From an uncultured Candidatus Actinomarina sp. (GTDB lineage Bacteria; Actinomycetota; Acidimicrobiia; Actinomarinales; Actinomarinaceae), in contig CACNFT010000003.1 of NCBI GenBank assembly GCA_902619825.1, positions 78,461 through 142,460 on the forward strand: a stretch of DNA of 64,000 nucleotides, in the 5' to 3' direction. How positions within the stretch are numbered: the stretch's first letter is position 1; every line of letters begins with the position of its first letter. Below, piece by piece: positions 47,615 to 55,937 of this stretch. Under the pieces are notes generated by a model. The model made no database searches. It saw nothing but the letters and a program-made list of their open reading frames with translations, and was not told where the DNA came from. The position numbers were made by a program, and so were the translations under genes.

Positions 47615-48871
47615 TTGAGTACTAACTTAGACATCGTCCTTTACCTCCTCATATTTATATGTTTAATATTTTCTGCTATGTTGTCTGGTTCAGAGACCGC
47701 AATAACAACCCTCCCAAGAGAAAAAATTCATCAACTAGATGATTCAAAGAAAAATAAAAGAATTAAAAATGCAAAAGATGATATTGAAAAAACAATTGGT
47801 GGCATTCTTGTAGCGAATAACTTTGTAAACATTCTTATGGCATCTCTTGCAACCATTATATTTGTAAGACAGTTTGGAGAAAGAACTGGTGGAGTAATTG
47901 CAACATTATTTATTACATTTCTTGTTTTAATTTTTGGTGAAGTAACGCCTAAAACTATTGCTACAAGAAAACCTGTTGAGTTCATGTCAAAAACTTCTTT
48001 ATTGATAACTTATTTATCAAGAATATTTGCCCCATTTACAAATCTTATAACAAATTCAATAAATAAATACGGGACTGGTCGGACTGGTGACATGGATGGT
48101 GATAATGAAATTACAGAAGCAGACATTCAAGCATTGACGGCCTTAGGAGAACAAGAAGGTCAAATTCTTCCAGCAGAGCGAGAGATTATCGACTCTCTAC
48201 TGGAGTTTTCAGATAGACCTATCAAAGAAATTATGACTCCTAGGGTTGATGTATTATTTTTATCTGTTCCTCTTACGATAAGTGACGTTACAAAAATTGT
48301 CGATGAAAAAAGAATTTCAAGATTACCTATATCAAAATCAGAGTCACTAGATGACACCTATGGCGTCGTTTACGTTAAAGATTTATTAAATTTAAAACAA
48401 GACTCAGAGAGTGTTGAGATAGAGAATTTAATAAAAGATGTAATTTATTTACCTGAGTATACAACTTCTCTTTCGGCTTTAAACATACTTAGAGAGAATA
48501 AAGCAAGTTTTGCGTGTGTAATTGATGAAAATGGTGGCATCGAAGGAGTAATAACAATAAAGGATGTTTTATCAGAATTTGTAGGAGATTTACCTGATGA
48601 ACATGATCAGAGATTTAGTGGAATAAAAAGACTTGGACCCGGTCAATGGACAATTGAAGGCAAAACAGATATAGATGATTTTGAAGAATTTTTTGGATTA
48701 GAGCCAAACGAAAAAGATGTTGCTACTGTTGGAGGTTTGTTTTTAAGTCATTCGGAACAATTACCGTCTAATGGAGAAAAAATAACTATTGATGGACTTG
48801 AGATAACTGTTGCAGAAATAGACAACAGAAGAATTGAGTCAGTCATAGTTAAAAAAATAGCTAAAAAATAA
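47615..48871 (+). CDS. Hemolysin/CNNM-family protein (DUF21-CBS-CorC)
   Basis: SGSETA, GN-like NN.VNI, FGEVTPK, IMTPR, SRLP, DE.GG..G..T..D and TVGG motifs. Confidence 0.9.
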   Translation: MSTNLDIVLYLLIFICLIFSAMLSGSETAITTLPREKIHQLDDSKKNKRIKNAKDDIEKTIGGILVANNFVNILMASLATIIFVRQFGERTGGVIATLFITFLVLIFGEVTPKTIATRKPVEFMSKTSLLITYLSRIFAPFTNLITNSINKYGTGRTGDMDGDNEITEADIQALTALGEQEGQILPAEREIIDSLLEFSDRPIKEIMTPRVDVLFLSVPLTISDVTKIVDEKRISRLPISKSESLDDTYGVVYVKDLLNLKQDSESVEIENLIKDVIYLPEYTTSLSALNILRENKASFACVIDENGGIEGVITIKDVLSEFVGDLPDEHDQRFSGIKRLGPGQWTIEGKTDIDDFEEFFGLEPNEKDVATVGGLFLSHSEQLPSNGEKITIDGLEITVAEIDNRRIESVIVKKIAKK

Positions 48872-48899
48872 GTTAATAAAAATATAGTAGAATTAATTT

Positions 48900-49169
48900 A
48901 TGGGTATTGTTTGGCGTGTAGTCTCTTTTATCTCTGTATGGCTACTTTACGGTTTAATTGCATCATTGTTTGTCAAAAATGTGAATAGAAGGGATTATAG
49001 ATTATTAATTCTTTCAGGATTACTTGGTGGTTTAATTGGTGGTGCATTAGGTAACGCTATGGATGTTCCCCAAAATATTTGGTGGTTGAGAGAATTTATG
49101 AAACTAGGTGTAACTATTCTATCTATGTACACTATTCAAAATATATTCAAGTGGAATTTAGCTAGATAA
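48900..49169 (+). CDS. Small hypothetical membrane protein
   Basis: 89 aa with three TM-like segments and a GxxxG-rich stretch. Confidence 0.6.
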   Translation: MGIVWRVVSFISVWLLYGLIASLFVKNVNRRDYRLLILSGLLGGLIGGALGNAMDVPQNIWWLREFMKLGVTILSMYTIQNIFKWNLAR

Positions 49170-49170
49170 T

Positions 49171-49449
49171 TTATATTTTTGGAACTCTTGGAGCTTTTAA
49201 AAGTCCACCATTCTCATCAATTAAACCACATCTTTTAGATATAAGTTTTGTATTAAATGCAAATAGGTTCTTGCGCCATGTCGCTATATATCCGTAACCT
49301 TTTACCTCCTCAAGTTTCTCAAGTCCAGATTCTAGATCTTTGACATCTAATACAAATACAACTGGAAGATCTTCATACGTTGCATCCCAACTTGTATCCA
49401 AACTAATTTTTTCTGATTTCGAAAGTAACTCTTTAAATTTATCAGTCAT
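49171..49449 (-). CDS. Hypothetical protein coupled to ptsH
   Basis: 92-aa ORF overlapping the end of ptsH by 8 nt. Confidence 0.6.
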   Translation of the reverse strand: MTDKFKELLSKSEKISLDTSWDATYEDLPVVFVLDVKDLESGLEKLEEVKGYGYIATWRKNLFAFNTKLISKRCGLIDENGGLLKAPRVPKI

Positions 49450-49702
49450 TTTTACTTACTAATAATTCAAACTTTTTCATAAATTCATTCTCATTTTCAC
49501 CATCTAATGTGAGTTCAAATTTTGTTCCCTGTTTAACAGCAAGCTTTAATATTCCAATCATACTTTTACCATCAGCCTCTTTTTCTCCATATTTGAGAGT
49601 AACTTTACCATTAAATTCTTGAGCTAGCTTTACAAATTCTGCAGCAGGACGAGCATGTAAACCTACACCAGCATTGACAATTAGTTCACTACTTGTAGAC
49701 AC
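49442..49702 (-). CDS. ptsH: Phosphocarrier protein HPr
   Basis: GLHARPAA (His15) and ADGKSM (Ser46) motifs. Confidence 0.93.
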   Translation of the reverse strand: MSTSSELIVNAGVGLHARPAAEFVKLAQEFNGKVTLKYGEKEADGKSMIGILKLAVKQGTKFELTLDGENENEFMKKFELLVSKND

Positions 49703-50776
49703 TTAAGTTAACCTTTCTAAATATTTATTAATGTTTCTATCATCTAACCCCCAGAAATTTTGTAGAAAATTAGGAAGTCCATTTTTGAAATTATAATGAA
49801 AATCGTTGAATCCATCAATATAGGAATAATCAATTTTTTGAAGCAGATCAATAATTCGTTTAAAAGATTCAACAGGTTGATCATTTTGAATTAGAATATC
49901 CAATGGTTTTGCAAATCTTTCATTTTCTGCAAATTTTATATTTGGATTTCGTGCAATTCTTAATAGTTCATCATTTATTGTATCTGATGAAAATCTATCA
50001 TTAATATTTAAAGAAAATTCTTCAATGTCATCATATTTTTTCGCAAATAAAGAAAATGCATTCATCAATTCTGAAGATGCTTTAATTGCAAATTCTTTAC
50101 CTTCATCACTTTTGTAAATTTCGTGTATGTATTTATATCCTTTTGATATTCCAAAATATGCTAATTGAAGATGTAGACCATTTAATAACCATAACTTTTT
50201 AATAAATTCTTCTTCATAATGTCCATACTTAACAATATCGGATATCACTAATGGTTTGGTTTTAGACTCATCAAGAATAATTGAACCATAATTTTCAACA
50301 ATTACGTCTAATGAATCTTTCTTTTGGGGTGGAATAATTTTGTCAACAACTGCATCTATTACAGTTAAGTATGGATTTGAAGCTTCACTATTTTTTTGAA
50401 CTGTTGATGAAGCTCTATACATATTCTCGAATGCAATAAAAGTTACTTCGTTTTTAAATTGTACTTTATTAATTACATCAAAAACATCTTGAACAAATTT
50501 TGGTCCAACTGATGACGATATTAAGGTTACTTCATTCAAAATATCGGATATTGCAGAAAAATTGTTTAAACTCACCGCACTTACATTCTGAACATTTATT
50601 GAGTTATCTTTTGTATTTCCAAGTTTAAAAACCTGATATTCTTTAGAAGTATTAAGTTTGTCAATTAATCTCTCATCAACGTCAACAAATATAACTTCAT
50701 AATTATTGTCTTGTAAAACTGGACCTATAAATCCTCTACCAATATTTCCAGCACCAAAATGTATTGCTTTTTTCAT
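49703..50776 (-). CDS. mtlD: Mannitol-1-phosphate 5-dehydrogenase
   Basis: HFGAGNIGRGFIG, EN, VD.I.P, KL..LN..H and R.AR.P..K....ER motifs. Confidence 0.85.
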   Translation of the reverse strand: MKKAIHFGAGNIGRGFIGPVLQDNNYEVIFVDVDERLIDKLNTSKEYQVFKLGNTKDNSINVQNVSAVSLNNFSAISDILNEVTLISSSVGPKFVQDVFDVINKVQFKNEVTFIAFENMYRASSTVQKNSEASNPYLTVIDAVVDKIIPPQKKDSLDVIVENYGSIILDESKTKPLVISDIVKYGHYEEEFIKKLWLLNGLHLQLAYFGISKGYKYIHEIYKSDEGKEFAIKASSELMNAFSLFAKKYDDIEEFSLNINDRFSSDTINDELLRIARNPNIKFAENERFAKPLDILIQNDQPVESFKRIIDLLQKIDYSYIDGFNDFHYNFKNGLPNFLQNFWGLDDRNINKYLERLT

Positions 50777-50781
50777 ACTGA

Positions 50782-51210
50782 CTAAATTTTAAATTTTTCG
50801 TATATTAATTCAATATCTTCTATGTTCCATAGTTGTTTTGCATCATCTGGATCTTCAATTAATTCAGCTAAAATTGCAAGAACATCTAAATGTTCATCAT
50901 TTTTTGCGGCTATTCCAACAATTATATATGCAGTTTCACCATTCCACTCAACACCTTGTGGACATTGTATATAAGATATGCCAGTTTTTTTTATAAATTG
51001 TTTTCCACTTTCCATACCATGAGGTATAGCAACACCATTACCTATGTAAGTCGCAAATCCCTCTTTTTCAAGTTTTTCTAACATAGAATCAATATATTCT
51101 TTGGTTACATACTCACCTTCAACTAGTAATTTACCTGCAAGAATAGTTGCTTCCTCTTTACTATTTAGATTTGTTGATGTAGATATAGATGATTTTTTTA
51201 ATATATCCAC
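50782..51210 (-). CDS. mtlF: PTS mannitol-type EIIA
   Basis: TYIGNGVAIPHG, GVEW and GIAA...EHL motifs. Confidence 0.85.
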   Translation of the reverse strand: MDILKKSSISTSTNLNSKEEATILAGKLLVEGEYVTKEYIDSMLEKLEKEGFATYIGNGVAIPHGMESGKQFIKKTGISYIQCPQGVEWNGETAYIIVGIAAKNDEHLDVLAILAELIEDPDDAKQLWNIEDIELIYEKFKI

Positions 51211-51213
51211 AAC

Positions 51214-51537
51214 TTAAGAACTCTTAATTTCATTTCCTTCTGATAAATCTGTAATTAGCTTTGAAATTGCTGGATCGTTCATAAACATATTGAATGAGAT
51301 CACTACTGAATTTACTGCAACTTCTCTTGCTCTCCCTGCTAATCCTGCATGAGCTACTACAACGTCAGCATCTTGAGGTATCAAATTCACTGGAGAATGG
51401 TCAATTGAAACATCTAAACCAGCCTTTTTTGCCTTTTTTATTAAACTATTTTTCACCATTACGCTTGAACCCATACCTGCTTCACAGGCAAGGATTATTT
51501 TTTTTACTTCGCTTGCATTTATCGAACTTTTGCTCAT
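51214..51537 (-). CDS. PTS mannitol-type EIIB (stand-alone)
   Basis: ACEAGMGSS phospho-Cys loop; start placed at ATG 51537 behind SD AAGGAG. Confidence 0.85.
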   Translation of the reverse strand: MSKSSINASEVKKIILACEAGMGSSVMVKNSLIKKAKKAGLDVSIDHSPVNLIPQDADVVVAHAGLAGRAREVAVNSVVISFNMFMNDPAISKLITDLSEGNEIKSS

Positions 51538-51546
51538 TTTACTCCT

Positions 51547-51578
51547 TAAAAATTTGGGGAGGTAAAACCTCCCCAAAT
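51547..51578 (-). terminator. 12-bp hairpin plus U-tract between EIIC and EIIB
   Basis: ATTTGGGGAGGT-aaa-ACCTCCCCAAAT (51552-51578), followed on the minus strand by TTTT and then the EIIB SD. Confidence 0.65.
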
Positions 51579-51601
51579 CTAATTCTTAATTAGTAAGAAA
51601 T

Positions 51602-52666
51602 CTAGACACCAGGAACATTGTCCACAGTGATTGTGTCTTCTACACCAGCGTCTGTTTCTTTAACTGGTCTTGCTCTAAGTACTATAACACCTACTACTGC
51701 AGATACTATTGCACCGATTGCAATTCCTCCTAGTACACCAACTGCTCCACCTCTAGGTATTAATGGCAGATAAGCCAAAATACTTCCTGGAGACGCTGCT
51801 GCTACTAGTCCAGCATCAGTTATTTGGAACCAAAGAGCTTGTGACATTCCACCAGCCCACATGGCAAGTATCATAATTGGATGTCCCAATATATATGGGA
51901 AATACACTTCATGAATACCTCCAAAGAAATGAATTATTATTGTTCCTGGAGCGGATTGTTTCCACATTCCTGATCCAGCAACCCAATATGCTATCAACAT
52001 ACCAAGGCCTGGGCCTGGGCTTGATTCAAGCATAAACCATACTGATTGTCCTGTTTCGGCTGCTTCAGCAACTCCTAACGGACCAAACAAACCGTGGTTG
52101 ATTGCATTATTAAGGAACAATACTTTAGCAACTTCGATTGGCAAGTCTACCAATGGAAGTAACCCAGCATCAACGATACCCTCGGAAATACCACCAAGAA
52201 CATCTAAGACACCTTGCATTATTGGTCCAATTATTTGTTTTGCAACAATTGCAAGAACTGTTGCAAGGATACCTAATGAAAAGTTATCAATTAACATTTC
52301 AAAACCCTCCGGTGAGGCGGGTTGAAGAACTGCATCAACTTTCTTAGCTGTCCAAGCACTAAGTGGTCCAAAGACCATAGCACCAAAGAATTGTGGGTCA
52401 GATGCACCAACTGCAATTGCAGTTGTAACTACAGCACCAATCACACCACCTCTATGACCATGAACCATTTTTCCACCTGTATACCCAATTAATATTGGAA
52501 GTAGATAAACGATCATTGGTCCTACCATTTCAGATAGGTTCTCATTTGGAGCCCATCCTGTATCGATAAATAGAGCTGTTATTAAACCCCAAGCAATGAA
52601 AGCGCCAATGTTAGGAATAACCATTCCTGCAGCAGCACCACCAAAGCGTTGTATGGATTCTCTCAT
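51602..52666 (-). CDS. mtlA: PTS mannitol-specific EIIC
   Basis: QRFG....GMV.PNIGAFIAWG.ITALFI..GW, GFEML.DNFS.GI, KVLFLNNAINHG, PGPGLG and GGIHE.YFPY; start placed at ATG 52666 behind AAGGGGG. Confidence 0.92.
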   Translation of the reverse strand: MRESIQRFGGAAAGMVIPNIGAFIAWGLITALFIDTGWAPNENLSEMVGPMIVYLLPILIGYTGGKMVHGHRGGVIGAVVTTAIAVGASDPQFFGAMVFGPLSAWTAKKVDAVLQPASPEGFEMLIDNFSLGILATVLAIVAKQIIGPIMQGVLDVLGGISEGIVDAGLLPLVDLPIEVAKVLFLNNAINHGLFGPLGVAEAAETGQSVWFMLESSPGPGLGMLIAYWVAGSGMWKQSAPGTIIIHFFGGIHEVYFPYILGHPIMILAMWAGGMSQALWFQITDAGLVAAASPGSILAYLPLIPRGGAVGVLGGIAIGAIVSAVVGVIVLRARPVKETDAGVEDTITVDNVPGV

Positions 52667-52685
52667 ATTTTTCCAATCCCCCTTT

Positions 52686-52715
52686 AGATTGATCAATCTG
52701 TCACATTTTGTAACA
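52686..52715. promoter_or_regulatory. Palindromic putative operator(s) upstream of mtlA
   Basis: Perfect 14-bp palindrome AGATTGATCAATCT (52686-52699) abutting TGTCACA-ttt-TGTAACA (52699-52715). Confidence 0.35.
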
Positions 52716-52879
52716 AACATGTAATACTTGTAATATCACATAAGTTAATTATAAAAAATAAAACACTGCGTTTCATTCGTCTTTAAAAAATTTTTACTTA
52801 TTACTTGTAACTTCGTAATAACCTGACAGTCATATAATCCTAATTTTTGCTTATAATGCAATAAAATAGGAGGTATTTT

Positions 52880-53473
52880 ATGGATGTAGAATCAACAATG
52901 TTACCGTTAGGAACAAAAATGCCAAATTTTAATTTACTTGGTATTGATGGGGATATGTATACCAATGAAATGTTTGATGATAAAAGAGGTTCTCTCATCA
53001 TGTTTATATGCAATCATTGTCCTTTTGTTAAACATGTCAATGATGAAATAGTAAATTTAACTAATGAAATAATACAAGATGGAATCGGTGTCATAGGAAT
53101 AAATTCAAATGACAGCTCTCAAGAAAAATATGCTGAAGATAGCATTGATAAAATGCGAGAATACGCAGATATCTTAGGATATAGTTTTCCGTATGTAGTT
53201 GATGAAGATCAATCCGTCGCAAAGAAATTTACAGCGCAATGTACCCCAGACTTTTTTCTCTTTGATGAAAATAAAAATCTTATATATAGAGGACAATTGG
53301 ATGGATCTAGGCCTGGTAATGACGTGCCGACTAATGGTGAAAGTCTGAGAAGTGCTATTCAAGCGTTAGTAAATAATGATGAGCCAATCTCTGAACAACT
53401 ACCAAGCATGGGATGTAATATAAAATGGAAAATAGGAGAAGAGCCTGATTACTTTTTAAATGTAAAAGGTTAA
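52880..53473 (+). CDS. Thioredoxin-fold AhpC/TSA-family protein
   Basis: FICNHCPFV, INSND, A.CTPDFF, YRG..D and GC.IKW; SD AGGAGG. Confidence 0.88.
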   Translation: MDVESTMLPLGTKMPNFNLLGIDGDMYTNEMFDDKRGSLIMFICNHCPFVKHVNDEIVNLTNEIIQDGIGVIGINSNDSSQEKYAEDSIDKMREYADILGYSFPYVVDEDQSVAKKFTAQCTPDFFLFDENKNLIYRGQLDGSRPGNDVPTNGESLRSAIQALVNNDEPISEQLPSMGCNIKWKIGEEPDYFLNVKG

Positions 53474-53994
53474 TTTAAATCTTGTATTTGGACAAAAAGT
53501 CTTCTTGAACGTCCGCAATCTAATTCTACGAAAAAAAGACGTTGCCATCTTCCTAAAATAATTTCTGAGTCAACTATGGGTAAAGATACTGAAGTAGACC
53601 CAATGATAGAACCTCTAACATGGGATCGTCCATTTACATTTTCGTCTTCTTGCATGTTTTCAGTTCTTAAATCCCAATCATCATGCTCATAATATGAATC
53701 TGTTGGAACAAGTTCTTCAAGTTTTCTCTTGAAGTCGTTTATGTACCCTGTTTCAGATTCGTTAATAATTATTGCAGTGGTGGTATGTGGAGTTGATATA
53801 ATTACTGAACCATGTGCAACATTTGAAGATGAAACCAAGTTTTGAATTTTTTCGGTAAAATCACAGAATTGATTTGTATCCTCAGTATCAAAATGCAATG
53901 CATAGGTAGCTGATTTATTTGAAGATGATTGATGCAATTCTACTAAATCAGTTTTGACAATATCTGCACCGATTCTTTGATTAGGTTTTTTCAT
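53470..53994 (-). CDS. yjbQ: YjbQ/UPF0047-family protein
   Basis: PHTT.A..INE, Y.HD, N..SH and LG.WQ..FF.ELD..R.R motifs. Confidence 0.85.
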   Translation of the reverse strand: MKKPNQRIGADIVKTDLVELHQSSSNKSATYALHFDTEDTNQFCDFTEKIQNLVSSSNVAHGSVIISTPHTTTAIIINESETGYINDFKRKLEELVPTDSYYEHDDWDLRTENMQEDENVNGRSHVRGSIIGSTSVSLPIVDSEIILGRWQRLFFVELDCGRSRRLFVQIQDLN

Positions 53995-54044
53995 AATAAG
54001 CTCAAAATTTATAATAACAATTTGATATTTTATTCAATATTTAT

Positions 54045-55253
54045 TCAACTATTTTGTGATAACCAATACTTATAAAGTTGATTATCAATTATGTCAATGT
54101 TCTTGATCTCGATTGGATCACCTTTTTTAACATCGGAATTCAAAATATTATTTTCGGATAATCCTAATGGTGCAAGATTTTTTGAATTTTCAACTCTCAT
54201 TGCTTTGCCATAAATATTTTCTCCACCAATTGAACCAAGATTTGTACCTGCTTTGAGATCTTTTTTTGAATGTGCAACCACTTCAACATTCCATTTTTTT
54301 GCACTTAATTGTGTTTCTTTATCAACCATTAATTTCATAATCGTTCTTGGAATCTCCAAACTAGTTAAGTGATATGGTCTGTAAAGAGTCCAGTATGGGC
54401 CTTTTCCCATTTTTAAGTATTCCATTTCGTAATTTACATAGTCATCTTCTGAATAGACTATTGCAAAGACTCCAGGCGCTACTCCAAAGGCAAAATCAAC
54501 AATATTTGTTTTTTCAAGAATACCCCCAGATGATTTAGGTATAAATATTGAATTTAACTCATCATATGTAGAGTTAGGTCCGTGCATACCATCAGTATCA
54601 ATGTTGAAATCAAGATAATTTGCTAATGCCGCCATTTCAATCATCGTTTTACTGCCATCAACAAAGCTTGTTAGCATATAAGGATTCATGTTCTTTTTTA
54701 AAGCTTCTTTTTCAAGATCTTTAGGGGTTTTAAACACATCAAAAGGATTATTTTTTCCTTTACCAATTGCAATTACATCAAGAGAAATTTCCTTTGCAAA
54801 ATTGAATAATTCAACTGCTGCAACTGGTTCATCTCCATCTCCAACGGTGACAATAGTATTATTTTTCTCTGCCTCTTTATTTAAAGCTAGACCTATCGTT
54901 GCTTCTGTCTCAACATTCAATAGAATCAAATTAATGTTTCTATTTAAAACCTTGAATGCAACGTCAGCCCCTGAAGAGGGTGTTCCTGTTGCCTCTATGA
55001 CTACATCTAAATCCTTATCATCAAGTGAATCAAGATGGGATGAAATTGTAATGTCTTTATCTGTATCGTATTTGCTTCGTGCCATATCTAGTTTGTCCTG
55101 GTTTTTATCAACGATTAAAACAAGATCTGTATCTTCCATTTTGTTGATTTGAGTAACAATACCCTGACCCATTTGTCCGGCTCCAACTAAAGCAACTTTT
55201 GTTTTCTTACCTCTTTCTTTAACGACGTTTGAATACCTATTTAATAAACTCAT
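54045..55253 (-). CDS. NAD(P)-dependent oxidoreductase with C-terminal SAF domain (homoserine-dehydrogenase-like, COG4091 type)
   Basis: VGAGQMG.G, EATG, NVE, GDEP, GKGKN, SFVDGSKTM.EM..LAN, RPYHL..LE and SAF tail KKDLKAG..L..IGG. Confidence 0.82.
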   Translation of the reverse strand: MSLLNRYSNVVKERGKKTKVALVGAGQMGQGIVTQINKMEDTDLVLIVDKNQDKLDMARSKYDTDKDITISSHLDSLDDKDLDVVIEATGTPSSGADVAFKVLNRNINLILLNVETEATIGLALNKEAEKNNTIVTVGDGDEPVAAVELFNFAKEISLDVIAIGKGKNNPFDVFKTPKDLEKEALKKNMNPYMLTSFVDGSKTMIEMAALANYLDFNIDTDGMHGPNSTYDELNSIFIPKSSGGILEKTNIVDFAFGVAPGVFAIVYSEDDYVNYEMEYLKMGKGPYWTLYRPYHLTSLEIPRTIMKLMVDKETQLSAKKWNVEVVAHSKKDLKAGTNLGSIGGENIYGKAMRVENSKNLAPLGLSENNILNSDVKKGDPIEIKNIDIIDNQLYKYWLSQNS

Positions 55254-55930
55254 TTATTACCATACTCTTCTAGTTTTAATTTTATAGTTTCTAGGTCTTC
55301 TTTATATGTTATTTTAAGATTGAGTTCGGAACCTAAAATAACTTTTGATTCAATATTCAATTTTTTTGAAACTTGTTCCGTTGTGTCATGAGAGATCATT
55401 TGTTCTTCATCTTGATCAATATAGGCATTTTGTAAAATTTTATATTCAAATATTTGGGGAGTTTGAATTTCTACAAGATTATCAGTTAAAAGCTCCTGTG
55501 ATAATTTACTATAAAGGCTTGTCTCTACGTATGGAGAACAAGAACCATGTGTTTTTGCTTCTGTAATAAGTTCCTTTAATAAGCCTTCAGGGAGAAAAGA
55601 TCTTGCACAATCATGAATTGCAACTAAATCGTTACTGTCTATGTTCATTAATTTTAAAGTATTAAGACCAAAAATCTCACTTTCATGTCTTGTTTTGCCA
55701 CCTAAAATCAATTCAAATTTTTTATCAATTAAATATGAATTTAAAATTTCTCTAATTTTTTCAATATTGGTTTCATTACAAACAATAACTAATGAGTGAA
55801 TATCGTCACAATTTAAAAAAGTTTCGAGTGGATATCTGATAAGCTCTTTATCTTTGAATGTAGCAAATAGTTTATCTGATTCAAATCTCTCACTCAAACC
55901 AGCTGCAAGCAGTATTCCAAAAACTTTCAA
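55250..55930 (-). CDS. IspD/TarI-family cytidylyltransferase (short beta-arm)
   Basis: LLAAG.S.RF...K, GG.TR.ES...G, IHDCAR, QTPQ.F and N.KIT...DL motifs. Confidence 0.82.
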   Translation of the reverse strand: MKVFGILLAAGLSERFESDKLFATFKDKELIRYPLETFLNCDDIHSLVIVCNETNIEKIREILNSYLIDKKFELILGGKTRHESEIFGLNTLKLMNIDSNDLVAIHDCARSFLPEGLLKELITEAKTHGSCSPYVETSLYSKLSQELLTDNLVEIQTPQIFEYKILQNAYIDQDEEQMISHDTTEQVSKKLNIESKVILGSELNLKITYKEDLETIKLKLEEYGNK

Positions 55931-55937
55931 TATATTT

